A DNA stretch of 64,000 nt from Candidatus Marinacidobacterales bacterium (GTDB lineage: Bacteria; Acidobacteriota; Vicinamibacteria; Marinacidobacterales; DATDRI01), in NCBI GenBank assembly GCA_965226495.1, contig OZ245365.1, positions 2,560,001-2,624,000 of the forward strand, read 5' to 3'. Every line of letters begins with the position of its first letter. The first letter of the stretch is position 1. The translations under genes were made by a program, and so were the position numbers. Positions 1 to 10,078 of the stretch are shown piece by piece. The notes below the pieces were generated by a model. It saw nothing but the letters and a program-made list of their open reading frames with translations. It made no database searches and had not been told where the DNA came from.

Positions 1-79
1 GGGTAGGCTCCCCCTTTTTCAAACGCGCTTTGGGGGAGTCGCGTCAGACCCTTTCCAGTCTTGGGAGGGGACTCCGATG

Positions 80-2263
80 CTAGTCGCTCGATTTCGCCTC
101 GTTTTCTCGGTAGCATTCACGTCGACTTAGCTGGGGCCACTGAAAGTCACGGCCCTTCGCTTGGTAGTCGGCGCCACTTGGGTCGCTCACGACCTCGACG
201 GTCTGCATCATGCCGTTGTCCTCGTGCAGCAGGATGTGGCAGTGATCGACATAGCTACCCGCGTAATCCAAAAACCGCGCGCGAAAGATCGCTCGACCAC
301 CATTGCGTGGTAGGCGAACCGTGTCTTGCCATCGGGGATGCTCCAGCAACTCCTTTCCATTGCCATCTCGAAGGCTAATCACCCAGAAGGGATTGACGTG
401 GATATGGAAGGGATGGTCGACGGCTTTCGTGGTGATTTTCTTCCCTGATGTCTTAGCTGGCTTCTTGTCCCAAATGGTCTGCGAGCAATTCCAGACCGTC
501 CACTCCTCCGCCGACCCCAAGAGCATCTTATGCGCGACCGTATTTGGATTGAATTTCGCGCCATCGATTCGCATGGTATCTCTCGGCTTCCCTCCATCGG
601 GAAAAGTAGCCGTCCCCCAACCGGAGTACTTGACCTGGCGTTTTCGGTACTTGCCCGCCTCGTCCGGCTTTTCACGCTTGACGGCCTCGTCGCGAGGAAT
701 CACGAGCTCGTCGTCTCCCACCGGGTGGAGCATCCTGGGAACCGCCGGAAACTCGATTCCCTCCAGCGGAACGTCCGGCAGAGGCGGCAACGGTTTCTGG
801 TCTTCATTCTTGGTCTCACGGACGACGAGGGTGGCTATGACCACATCTGGCAAAGGCTTGTAGTCGGGGTCTTGTTGCTTCTTGAACGCATCTTCGTCCG
901 CGGCATTCGGATAGTACTTTGCAACGACGGTGAAGACTTTCTCCTCTACTCCATTGAGTCTAGGTGCCTTGAACAAGAAATCGGCGCGATTCGCGGGAGC
1001 CATCACCAGGGACTTGATCGGCCTGGTGGTGTATCGCGGGTTGGCCTCATTGGTTACGAGTGTGATGCCATCCATCGCGAGGTGTCGCAGCGGCTGTCGC
1101 TTGCTCCGGTCTTCAGGCACATCCGGCAGCACATCTTCGGCGGAAGTGTCCCCTTCGACGACCATGAATCGAATGTAGCCCCTGCCGTCGACGCTTCCAT
1201 TGAGGACCCGCCACCGCTCCACCGCGCCCGGCCGCATCACCATCACCCGCCGTCCGGGTGATTTGCCATTGACCGCCGGGAAAGCGAGCTGGGACTTCTG
1301 CCTTGGGACGCCGTCGGGAGACCTAAACCCCTCCGGGTCCGTGGGTTTCGGCGCCACGACTCGTTGAACAAGAATGAGCCGCTCTCGGTACGCCCCCACA
1401 CGGTTCGGATCGTCGGGGTGAGGGTCGAAATGTTTCTTGAGCGCGTGGTCTACATCGCCCTCAATGATCAGGAAGCCCGCCATTCCGCTTGCCACCTGGG
1501 TGAAGGTCGCTCCATGGCTGTGCGGATGATACCAATGGGTCCCGGGAGGGTGGATTTCTCCGAGCGCGCCCAATTTGAATTCGAAGTTCGCCTCGCCCAC
1601 AACTTCGTTTCCTTTGAGCGGCCAACAGTCTGGATCGCCTGCGGCTCTCCTCAAGTCATAATCCCCTTGGGGAATAACTCTCAAGAAGACATTGTCTGAG
1701 AAAGTGGCGTCCGGATTTCGCGCGGGTTCGACGTGCAAGCCATGTGTATGGAGGTTGGTCGTGTGCACCTGATGCTTCCCGTTGGTATGTCCTGGGAGGC
1801 AGAAATCCTTTTGGTTCGGTCCCAGTAGATTCCGGACCTTCAAAAATAGTGTCTCGTTGCCCTTCAGCCGGATGGTGGGACCGGGCGATGTGCCGTTGTA
1901 GCTAAACAGAAAAGGCTCCCCGTCGCCCGTCTCGGCATCACCAAATACGGCCTTCGGGGCCGCGTGCTTGACCAGATTCAGGTGAAGTTGCTGACCGGGC
2001 CAATCGCTGGGCCGCCACTCCCAGGGTTCTACCCAGTTGTCCTCGAGAGTTGCTCGAGTTCCTGCCCCGCCTTTTTGTGTGGCACCCGGGTCATCACCCT
2101 TGTCTCGCGCCGCCGCGTCAGTGCTTGAGGCCTTGAAGCCCCCCGCTACTAGGGCGGCGGCACCGGTCGCGGATAGTCTTAGGAAACGACGGCGGCCGGG
2201 ACTCGTCGTCTCCTCCGCTGGTTGCGCATCTGTGTCCCTGTGAAGATCCCTTTTATCCGACAT
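80..2263 (-). CDS. Tat-exported multicopper oxidase (three-domain, laccase/CueO-like)
   Basis: Tat signal RRRFLRLSATG; all four Cu motifs present: NLHTHG, WYHPHSH, HPFHIH, HCHILLHEDNGMM. Confidence 0.93.
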   Translation of the reverse strand: MSDKRDLHRDTDAQPAEETTSPGRRRFLRLSATGAAALVAGGFKASSTDAAARDKGDDPGATQKGGAGTRATLEDNWVEPWEWRPSDWPGQQLHLNLVKHAAPKAVFGDAETGDGEPFLFSYNGTSPGPTIRLKGNETLFLKVRNLLGPNQKDFCLPGHTNGKHQVHTTNLHTHGLHVEPARNPDATFSDNVFLRVIPQGDYDLRRAAGDPDCWPLKGNEVVGEANFEFKLGALGEIHPPGTHWYHPHSHGATFTQVASGMAGFLIIEGDVDHALKKHFDPHPDDPNRVGAYRERLILVQRVVAPKPTDPEGFRSPDGVPRQKSQLAFPAVNGKSPGRRVMVMRPGAVERWRVLNGSVDGRGYIRFMVVEGDTSAEDVLPDVPEDRSKRQPLRHLAMDGITLVTNEANPRYTTRPIKSLVMAPANRADFLFKAPRLNGVEEKVFTVVAKYYPNAADEDAFKKQQDPDYKPLPDVVIATLVVRETKNEDQKPLPPLPDVPLEGIEFPAVPRMLHPVGDDELVIPRDEAVKREKPDEAGKYRKRQVKYSGWGTATFPDGGKPRDTMRIDGAKFNPNTVAHKMLLGSAEEWTVWNCSQTIWDKKPAKTSGKKITTKAVDHPFHIHVNPFWVISLRDGNGKELLEHPRWQDTVRLPRNGGRAIFRARFLDYAGSYVDHCHILLHEDNGMMQTVEVVSDPSGADYQAKGRDFQWPQLSRRECYRENEAKSSD

Positions 2264-2461
2264 ACGAACGTCCTCCTAATCGAGTGCTCCTTCAACCGTG
2301 CCCATTGCGCTCGAGGTGGCAGTACCTGTCGAGGATGCGGCGCCCCATCGCTTCCTGGGCTGGTCATTGCGTACCTGCTTACTAATGTTCAGTCACCTGC
2401 ACGCCCGCGGTCGAGCAGCTGCGGCACGGGCAGACAGGGACTCCTGTGTGAAGAGACCGCG

Positions 2462-4264
2462 TCAGTACGTGAGGGGGTTCTTCGGAAACGCAATCCCCTT
2501 GCGGACGCCGACGCTCACGACGAGCCGGACTCGGTTCTGGGCTCCCAGAGCGAGCTCTACATCGCTCGGCGAGTCATTAAAAATGTCGGCCCGGAGCCCA
2601 ATTTTGGTATCGAAGAACAAATTTCTTTGAAATTTCGCGAAGTTCAAACTAACCGCCCATCCAACGTCGATGCCCCAGCGCGTCCGGCTCAGTGCCGCTC
2701 GGTCAGGAAACTGTCCGATTCGCGCCGCCACCTCATCTGCCGCTTCAAGGGTCAAGTCGGCCGTCCCCGCAAGACGTTCTCGACGAATATTGATCCCTCC
2801 GTAGAAACCGGAATATCCCCCGCGAAAGAACAAGTAGTGGAGCTCGGTGCTATGAAACTGCCAGTTCTCAGTGTCGAAGTTGAAATTAACCTCGAACATG
2901 CTGTTGGGAAGCCACTGCGTGCCGGAAAAAGTGATCTCCGCGACACGAATGGATCCTTGCACCAGCATCCCCGACCCACTGGGATCGTCCCACTGGACCC
3001 CGCCGCCGAGTGACACCGTGGGGTAGAGATGAAGCTTGAAAATGTTGTTGGGATCTTGCGCATCAGGATGTTCGAGGAGCTTGATGTGGTGCGTGTCGCC
3101 TTTCCATTGCTTGCGGTCGGGCCAACGCCGCAATGCCGCCGACGCTCCCGGGCTCAGAACGGTCGACGTGGGAGGGTTGTCGAGCCAGAAGCAATCCTTG
3201 TGTTCCGAGAGAAACTCCTCGACCGAGCCACTACAGGAGGCATCAACCGCGGCGTCACGCCCCAAGAGCTGGTACAGACAGGCAAGGTCCTGCATCGGAA
3301 AAAGCGTGTAACGATTCAGATACTTCAAAGACCGATCTTTCGGGAAGCGCGACCGATAAGACTCCGTATAGTCTCCGTAGTACGCATCCTCCTCATATTG
3401 CGACTCAATCCAAATATTGTCGTCGTTTCTCGGCAGCGAGTACCAATCCTTGAAATCTCCGATGATGTGAAAGAAACTGCTCGGCTCGATGTCCCTCGAC
3501 CCCCAAGCTGCGTCCCGAAACAAATTGACATCGGCACCGACGTCGAATCGTCCATCGAAATTGCGATCGGGAGCGCTGGCATGCTTACCGCGCTCGACCA
3601 GGATGGGAAGATGGTTCGGCAGCACGGTGGGAAAGATTTCCGTCCGAGGATCCGCGTTCCTCCCGGCTACCAGAACGTTGTTGGCGGTATGCGTTTCGTG
3701 GCCGGCGCCCACCACGCCCACTACGTTGCCCTCGAGTAGGTCGTCGTAAACCTCTAACTCCTTGTCGATCGCTACGAAGACGAAGGCGTGTTCTGAGTCC
3801 CCTTTATGGCCGCCGCCCATGCCACGATCGTAGGGATAATAGAACCAGTACTCGAGCGCGTAGACGTAGCGATCCCCCACTCGCCGAGACCAATGATACG
3901 CCGGAGGTAAGGCGGGCAATTTGTAGAGAACGCGAGCCCGAAGACGCCCTTCTTTGGATTGCTCGTCGATCACGCGCACTACGTCTTCGTAGGAGGCTTC
4001 GATGTCCCACTCCAGCTCGGCGAGACTATTGAGATCTTTCTCTGACCCACCAAAGTTAATCTGTCCATCGAAGGCGAGAGCGTGAGGAAGCATCGGCATC
4101 GTCGGTTCATCGGTCGCGAGCCATAGTACCGGAGCGAAAGTCCGCATCACTCGGACCTCCGGATGAAGATCTTCCGGGGGGCCCGTGCCCTGAGCGGTGA
4201 GAAAAGCCTCAGCGTAGGTAACTGGCAAAAATGACAAAATTAGGGCAAGACAATCGGCGCGCAC
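2462..4264 (-). CDS. Exported hypothetical protein with Vps62/NPP1-like N-terminal motif and possible C-terminal beta-barrel
   Basis: Signal peptide; YWFYYPYD...HKGDSEH motif; DRNFDG Ca-loop-like motif; C-terminal amphipathic aromatic/Gly strands. Confidence 0.6.
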   Translation of the reverse strand: MRADCLALILSFLPVTYAEAFLTAQGTGPPEDLHPEVRVMRTFAPVLWLATDEPTMPMLPHALAFDGQINFGGSEKDLNSLAELEWDIEASYEDVVRVIDEQSKEGRLRARVLYKLPALPPAYHWSRRVGDRYVYALEYWFYYPYDRGMGGGHKGDSEHAFVFVAIDKELEVYDDLLEGNVVGVVGAGHETHTANNVLVAGRNADPRTEIFPTVLPNHLPILVERGKHASAPDRNFDGRFDVGADVNLFRDAAWGSRDIEPSSFFHIIGDFKDWYSLPRNDDNIWIESQYEEDAYYGDYTESYRSRFPKDRSLKYLNRYTLFPMQDLACLYQLLGRDAAVDASCSGSVEEFLSEHKDCFWLDNPPTSTVLSPGASAALRRWPDRKQWKGDTHHIKLLEHPDAQDPNNIFKLHLYPTVSLGGGVQWDDPSGSGMLVQGSIRVAEITFSGTQWLPNSMFEVNFNFDTENWQFHSTELHYLFFRGGYSGFYGGINIRRERLAGTADLTLEAADEVAARIGQFPDRAALSRTRWGIDVGWAVSLNFAKFQRNLFFDTKIGLRADIFNDSPSDVELALGAQNRVRLVVSVGVRKGIAFPKNPLTY

Positions 4265-4310
4265 TGGTAACCTCCGTCTTGTCGTAGGAACGTGTCCGGA
4301 GATGATGCAA

Positions 4311-5732
4311 TCAGGACGTCCGGAACGCTTCCGGATCGGCCTTATAGACGGGCTGCTTGAACGAAAAGAGGCCGTTCGGGTCCAGCCGCGCTCGGATCGT
4401 CTCGAAGCGCGGGTCTTTCTCCGGACGCGTGTAATACACCTTGCCCCAGTGGGGTCTGCCGTCCAAATTGATGAGCCGCCTCTCGATGTCCGGCAGCCAC
4501 GTATGCACTCCCTTGCCGGTGGTGAAGAAACTGATGCTGAAAGAGACGGTAGGCGAAAAACGAAAGTGGCTCAGCAGACTCCGTTCGCTTTGCTTCGTAA
4601 ACCGGACCTGAATCGGAGAGCCGACGAACACACCCTTCGTCTCCGCAAGGGCGATGCTCTTCTCCATCTCGTCAAACGCCTCCCAAAGATGTGCATACGG
4701 GAACTGATACTCCATGGTGTAGGTCTTAACGGCTTCGCGCCATATGTTGCCCTTGCCCAGCAGGATCTTGTAAGACGGACCCTGCCGATCCACGCTGGGG
4801 AAGATCGTGTCGTTCACCGAGTTCCTGAATAGATCGGGCAAGCCTTCCGGGTTCCACCGTCCCTTCGTTTCCGCGTAGCGGGAGCTCACCAAGATTAGGG
4901 CTCTTTCCCACGCGGTCATCGGATTGATCTCTTCCGTGGAGTCGACCTTGTTGCGCACGATGCGTGCCGCTTTGTCGGTGTAGGGGTAGTACCAGTACTC
5001 GAGGTGTCGGTTCTCTAGGAGCGCCGGTATCTCGGACTGCTCGTCTCGAAATCGGACCAGGGTTTCTTTGTGGTCGAGGAAGTAGCTCGGAAGGACCGCG
5101 AGCCGTACCGAGTAGATGACGCCCAGCTGTCCCAAGGAAACCCGTCCCGCCGCAAGGTCCTCGCCCTCGAGAGATTGCGCCTGGCCGTCCGCGGTGACGA
5201 TCGTCATACCCTCCACGAATTCCGAGAGCGAGCCCAGTGTCACACCGGAGCCGTGGGTCTCGGTCGAGATCGCTCCGGATATCGTCTGGGGGTTGGCATC
5301 TCCCATGTTTGCCAACGCCAATCCGCGGCTGAAGAGCTCCTCGTTTAAGTTCGCGATAGACATCCCGCCCTGGACCTCGACGACACTCCCGTCTTGGCCG
5401 ATGATCTGATTCAGCTTCTCCATGCGGATGACGGCGCCGCCGCTGTCTGGGAGCCCGAGATTCGACCAGGCGTGGCCGCTCCCGACGACCCGTAGGCGCC
5501 AACCGTTGTCCGCCGCTTCCTTGACGTTGGCCTTCAACTCTTCGAGGTTTGCCGGTTGATAGATCGCCATCAAGTTCTGGTGGACGACGGTCTCCGCCCA
5601 ATTCTTCCATTGCTTGCCGGTGGTCTCCGTCGGCGGCGTGGTCGACTTGCCGCCACAACTTATCGCTGCACCCGCTAGCCCCACCGCCGCGCTGCTTTGC
5701 ACGAATTCACGCCGTGATATTTTTCTCGCCAT
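4311..5732 (-). CDS. Tat lipoprotein FAD-linked oxidase, aldonolactone oxidase (ALO/GULO) family
   Basis: Start reassigned to MARKISRREFV (Tat); lipobox AAISC; WKNWA, VGSGHAWS (flavinylation His), TMEY and RPHWGK motifs. Confidence 0.88.
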   Translation of the reverse strand: MARKISRREFVQSSAAVGLAGAAISCGGKSTTPPTETTGKQWKNWAETVVHQNLMAIYQPANLEELKANVKEAADNGWRLRVVGSGHAWSNLGLPDSGGAVIRMEKLNQIIGQDGSVVEVQGGMSIANLNEELFSRGLALANMGDANPQTISGAISTETHGSGVTLGSLSEFVEGMTIVTADGQAQSLEGEDLAAGRVSLGQLGVIYSVRLAVLPSYFLDHKETLVRFRDEQSEIPALLENRHLEYWYYPYTDKAARIVRNKVDSTEEINPMTAWERALILVSSRYAETKGRWNPEGLPDLFRNSVNDTIFPSVDRQGPSYKILLGKGNIWREAVKTYTMEYQFPYAHLWEAFDEMEKSIALAETKGVFVGSPIQVRFTKQSERSLLSHFRFSPTVSFSISFFTTGKGVHTWLPDIERRLINLDGRPHWGKVYYTRPEKDPRFETIRARLDPNGLFSFKQPVYKADPEAFRTS

Positions 5733-5778
5733 CTCGCCCCTTTCAGAAGCGTCGCACGCGAAACCGCACGCGAAGCCC

Positions 5779-6894
5779 CTAGGGATCCTCACCTTCCGGC
5801 CAAAACTGAAACAACGTCTGCGGCGCCGGGAGGTACACTTCCGCCTCAGGCGCTGCCTTCTGAACGGCCTTTACGACTTTGCCCGCGAGTGGAAGTCCCT
5901 TGAGTTTTTCATCCTGTGGCCGAAAAAAGGCTTCCCAGTGCCCCAGGATCACAAAGCGCGGATTCGTGTTCGCAACTATATGGGTCGGTACCGTGTTCGG
6001 CACATCGAAGAAGTTGCCGACACAAAGCAACGCCAGGTCCACTCGCTTCTCGTCGGTGAGCGAAGGGTGCACTTGTCCGACGGGAGCACTGGTGGGAGCG
6101 TCTTGATAGTAAATCCGAAAGACGGACGCCGTGCCCTCCTCGTTCATGAAGTCGATCAGATACGCGTGCGTTTCGCCCTCCTGATAGTTTACGGCCATAT
6201 CAGGGGGCCGAAAACGAGGCCGGAGGACGCCGCCAGGCCAAAGATGGACCATTCCAGCTATTTGCGCTGGATGTTCGGAGCACAAGGGCCGGAAGCGGAC
6301 TCGCGCGCGTGGAACGTCTACCCAGCTGCCCTTGATCCCCGCCTGAGTCGCGTCGTCATCGCTAAAGGCTTCCCGATCCAGGCACATCCTGTAGTCAACG
6401 ACATTGTCGCTGGAACTGTTCAAAGCCCGCACTTTACTGGGCGGGATGACGGGTGTGCCGGCGGGCACGGAGGCGCTCGGACTGTACCCCGCCAGTATGT
6501 TCTTGGTGCTCACATTCCCGTAGATCATCGCGTCCGACGTCTCGTCCCAAATATACGGAACGTCCATCAGGTGGTCGTAGTGTGCGTGGCCCACGAAGAT
6601 GGCGGTCACGTCCTCGGTCGGGGGATGAAACTTGGCGATGAGGTCAGTGTTCGGCTCGACGAGGCCGCCTAGTTCCGTTATCTTCGGGTTCGTGTACAAA
6701 GGTGCAGTGAGGACGGCATCCTCTCCTCTTCGGATAAGAAATCCTCCCACTCCGAGAAAGCGAACCTGAATGACGGACTCGTAGCCCTGCGCCGCCGCGG
6801 TCATCTCCGCTTGGTTATTGCGATGGATCGGAAGGCAAGAGACCAGCGTCGCGCAGATGGCGAGCACTGCGGTCGAAACCCCGACGTTTTTCAT
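5779..6894 (-). CDS. Metallo-beta-lactamase-fold hydrolase, lipoprotein
   Basis: GHAHYDHLMD metal motif; GHWE; lipobox LVSC; start taken at MKNVGV. Confidence 0.85.
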   Translation of the reverse strand: MKNVGVSTAVLAICATLVSCLPIHRNNQAEMTAAAQGYESVIQVRFLGVGGFLIRRGEDAVLTAPLYTNPKITELGGLVEPNTDLIAKFHPPTEDVTAIFVGHAHYDHLMDVPYIWDETSDAMIYGNVSTKNILAGYSPSASVPAGTPVIPPSKVRALNSSSDNVVDYRMCLDREAFSDDDATQAGIKGSWVDVPRARVRFRPLCSEHPAQIAGMVHLWPGGVLRPRFRPPDMAVNYQEGETHAYLIDFMNEEGTASVFRIYYQDAPTSAPVGQVHPSLTDEKRVDLALLCVGNFFDVPNTVPTHIVANTNPRFVILGHWEAFFRPQDEKLKGLPLAGKVVKAVQKAAPEAEVYLPAPQTLFQFWPEGEDP

Positions 6895-7275
6895 AAGCCG
6901 CTCCCCGAGCGCCAACCGGCCAGGCGGTCGCAACAAACGGTGGTTGGACACCGTGCGCACGGCCAACATCTCAAGCTACTGAATAGTACCCCACACTTGC
7001 GACACGCTTGCACTAAAATTCAGGCCGAGCACCGACCTCCATAGGCAAAACTTCAATTATTGCTCTGCTCTTCATGAAAAACAGTGCGCGATTGCGCAAG
7101 CGTTCTAATGGATCTATGCTATTTGTCGACATTTGATGCCACAGACTGTTCCGCGTCACTCCCTGCTGGTTGGATGGCTGGCTGGGATTCCACATCGAAA
7201 AATAATTACTCTCGACAATGAAATGGTGGGCGGAAGCGTCCGTCTAGACGGAGTGCTCACGCCGGAGGGTCGGTT

Positions 7276-9255
7276 ATGAAATGGCTAGCCAGCGCCGGGT
7301 TCGCGATGATGATTGGTGTCTTCGCGGCCTGTTCGATCTTTCGGTCGGGTCCTCGCACTGTTCCTCAGCCGCGAGGAACGAGCGAGTGGCCATCGTACGG
7401 GAACGATCCCGGCGGGATGCGTTACTCGCCGCTGACGAGGATCGACAAGACCAATGTCCGCCGGCTCAAGAAGGCATGGACTTACAAACATAAGGACAAG
7501 TCCAAAGGGACTTCCGAGATTCCCTCTGCCACCGCCTTCGAGGCTACTCCCATTCTGGTGGAGGGGCGGCTTATCTTCTGCACGCCCTTCAATCGGGTGT
7601 TCGCGCTCGATCCTCTCACCGGAGAGAAACTGTGGGTTTTCGACCCGCACATCCTTCGACAAGTGAAGTACGAGAACCAGCTCGTTTGCCGTGGGGTGTC
7701 GGCCTGGACCGACTCTGCCCGCCCGATCGGCGAGCCGTGCCAGGCTCGCATTTTCACCGGAACCAACGACGCGCGCCTCTTCGCTATCGATGCAAGAACC
7801 GGCGAGCGCTGCTCGGAGTTCGCCAACAACGGAGAATACGATCTGGCCCAGGAACGAGACATCGGAGGGCTACGATGGAAAGGCGAGTATCAAGTTACTT
7901 CACCGCCTGCAATCTTTCGGGATCTGGTCGTGGTTGGCGCGGCCGTCGCGGACAACCAACGAACCGAGGCACCGAGCGGAGTGGTGCGCGCCTTCGATGC
8001 GCGGACCGGTGAGTTGAAGTGGCATCAGGACTTCCGACCACCTGATTTCGACGGGCCGGTCAGCGAGGCTGGATACGCCCTGGGAACTCCCAACGTCTGG
8101 TCGATCATGTCCGTCGACGAGGAGCTGGGACTCGTTTACGCCCCTACCGGTAATCCCGCGCCGGACTTCTTTCGTGGCGAACATACCGAGCTGGCTGACA
8201 TGGGCTACTACGGAAGCTCGGTGGTGGCACTAGTCGGCGACACCGGCGAAGTTGCCTGGCACTTCCAAACCGTTCATCACGATCTGTGGGATTACGACGT
8301 TCCCGCTCAGCCGGTGCTCTACACGTTCCAAAGTGACGAGGGCCCCGTTCCGGCCTTGGCGCAGGCGACCAAAACGGGCCATCTCTTTCTGTTAAACCGA
8401 GAGACCGGCGAGCCTCTGTTTCCTGTGCATGAAAAGCCGGTGCCTCAAGAGGGTGTGGCGGGCGAATGGCTCTCGCCTACCCAGCCTTTTCCGGAGCGGC
8501 CAACTGCGCTGTCGGAGCAGGCACTCCGAGTCGAAGACATCGATACCAGCACGGGGCACGGACGCAAATGTCGTCAGCTTCTCGAGGGGATGGACAGCAA
8601 CGGCATCTTCACGCCGCCGTCGGTCCGGGGCACGGTTTTATTTCCTGGTAGTGGAGGCGGCCTCAACTGGAGCGGGGTGGCCATCGATCCCGTGCGGCAG
8701 ATCTTGATCACCAATTCGACCAACATCGCGTGGACCGTGCGACTCTTTCCCAGCTCCAGTTACGCACAGGAGCGTAGCGACGACCCGCAGGGCGAGGTGC
8801 GGCCGCAGGACGGAACCCCCTTCGGGATGAGTCGCGCCTTTTTTACGGAGAGTTTCGCTTTGTTTTTCAAAGATGTTCCGTGCAATCCCCCACCGTGGGG
8901 GCACCTTCACGGGATCGATCTCGAGACGGGCACTCCCATTTGGAAAACGAAACTCGGTAAGGCCTTCGGTAAACAAGGGCTCCCCAGCTTGGGCGGCGCC
9001 ATCCTGACGTCTACCGGGCTAGCGTTCATCAGCGGGACGGTTAAGGACAATCACCTAAGAGCCTTCGACGTCGAGACCGGCGAGGAGCTGTGGAAAGGGA
9101 AACTCCCCTTTGGCGGCCAAGCGACTCCCATGACGTACGAGGTTCAGTTGGAGGATGGCCGTCGGCGTCAATTTGTCGTTGTCGCGGCAGGCGGTAACGG
9201 CCGCGCCAGGACCAAGATAGGCGACTCGCTAGTGGCTTTCGCTCTGCCAGAATAG
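7276..9255 (+). CDS. PQQ-dependent dehydrogenase (glucose/quinate/shikimate family), lipoprotein
   Basis: WPSYGNDPGGMRYSPL, FEATPI, CRGV, HHDLWDYD, GQATPMTY; lipobox FAAC. Confidence 0.93.
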   Translation: MKWLASAGFAMMIGVFAACSIFRSGPRTVPQPRGTSEWPSYGNDPGGMRYSPLTRIDKTNVRRLKKAWTYKHKDKSKGTSEIPSATAFEATPILVEGRLIFCTPFNRVFALDPLTGEKLWVFDPHILRQVKYENQLVCRGVSAWTDSARPIGEPCQARIFTGTNDARLFAIDARTGERCSEFANNGEYDLAQERDIGGLRWKGEYQVTSPPAIFRDLVVVGAAVADNQRTEAPSGVVRAFDARTGELKWHQDFRPPDFDGPVSEAGYALGTPNVWSIMSVDEELGLVYAPTGNPAPDFFRGEHTELADMGYYGSSVVALVGDTGEVAWHFQTVHHDLWDYDVPAQPVLYTFQSDEGPVPALAQATKTGHLFLLNRETGEPLFPVHEKPVPQEGVAGEWLSPTQPFPERPTALSEQALRVEDIDTSTGHGRKCRQLLEGMDSNGIFTPPSVRGTVLFPGSGGGLNWSGVAIDPVRQILITNSTNIAWTVRLFPSSSYAQERSDDPQGEVRPQDGTPFGMSRAFFTESFALFFKDVPCNPPPWGHLHGIDLETGTPIWKTKLGKAFGKQGLPSLGGAILTSTGLAFISGTVKDNHLRAFDVETGEELWKGKLPFGGQATPMTYEVQLEDGRRRQFVVVAAGGNGRARTKIGDSLVAFALPE

Positions 9256-9307
9256 TTGGGTTCCGGCAGGCGTTGGGCTCCGAGCCGTTAAGATTGCCGG
9301 TCATTGC

Positions 9308-9769
9308 TCAGCGCGCCGCGACTTGGACCGTCTGCCAGTCGGCAACCATGGCCGCGCACGCCTCTTTGACGGCGTTTCCGAGGCTGCGAGTGGAGCCGCT
9401 CCTGATGGCATCTCCCTCTGCGTTGTAAACCGCATACTTGTTGTTCTTCCGCACGAACACTTTCCCGCCCTCGTGCTGGAGCACGAGGATGTAGTCGGCA
9501 CGCTCCTCTTTCCGCGTCACGATCAATTTGGGACATCGCTCGTTAAGCGTCTTCACGATCTCGGCGGTCTGCGGCTTGGCTCCGCCGGTCACCCCGCCCC
9601 CACCCACGCCGTCGCCAAAGTCGAAAATATCGAACTCGCCCCCGAGCGACCACGACTCGCTCTCGGGAACAAATACACGGGCGCGCCCGTCATTTTTGGA
9701 CTCGGCGCTCGCAACAAGTGCCGTCAGCGCGGTCAGCACGAAAACCATCAGCGTTGTTGGTTTAGACAT
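9308..9769 (-). CDS. Small exported hypothetical protein
   Basis: Signal peptide, GGAGG RBS, protein-like composition. Confidence 0.7.
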   Translation of the reverse strand: MSKPTTLMVFVLTALTALVASAESKNDGRARVFVPESESWSLGGEFDIFDFGDGVGGGGVTGGAKPQTAEIVKTLNERCPKLIVTRKEERADYILVLQHEGGKVFVRKNNKYAVYNAEGDAIRSGSTRSLGNAVKEACAAMVADWQTVQVAAR

Positions 9770-9949
9770 TTTCCGTTCCTCCGCCGACTACACTGCAAAG
9801 ACCATACCAGGCCTTTTCGAGCTTTCATCGCCCTCGAACGGTCATTTCCGTCCTTTCGCGGAGACGAGGCCGCCCAGGAATGGGGACGGGCTCATCAGGA
9901 TGAAACGTACTCGTCCGGACCGAGTAACCAAAAGTAACCCCCAGGGCTT

Positions 9950-10040
9950 GATGTCGAGGATAGCTTCCATGGCCCGATCGCAACCGTCGAAGAAGTCTCG
10001 CGAGGACATTGCAACCGGTAGGTCGGGCTTATGGGTAGGC
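9950..10040 (-). pseudogene. Possible C-terminal remnant of an S41-family peptidase-like gene
   Basis: Manual translation PDLPVAMSSRDFFDGCDRAMEAIL resembles the PD.PV....DYF.GRD.ALEA tail; no upstream body. Confidence 0.3.
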
Positions 10041-10078
10041 GCGGGTTGTCTGCGGTGGTTCGCTGGCGGTAGAGGGCT

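Noticed and set aside
9821-9910. Hammerhead-like core on the minus strand (TTTCATC-CTGATGAG...CGAAA...GATGAAA)
   Set aside because: Stem II has only 2 bp next to the core and there is no NUH triplet between stem III and stem I, so it is not a canonical hammerhead. A cmscan run would settle it.
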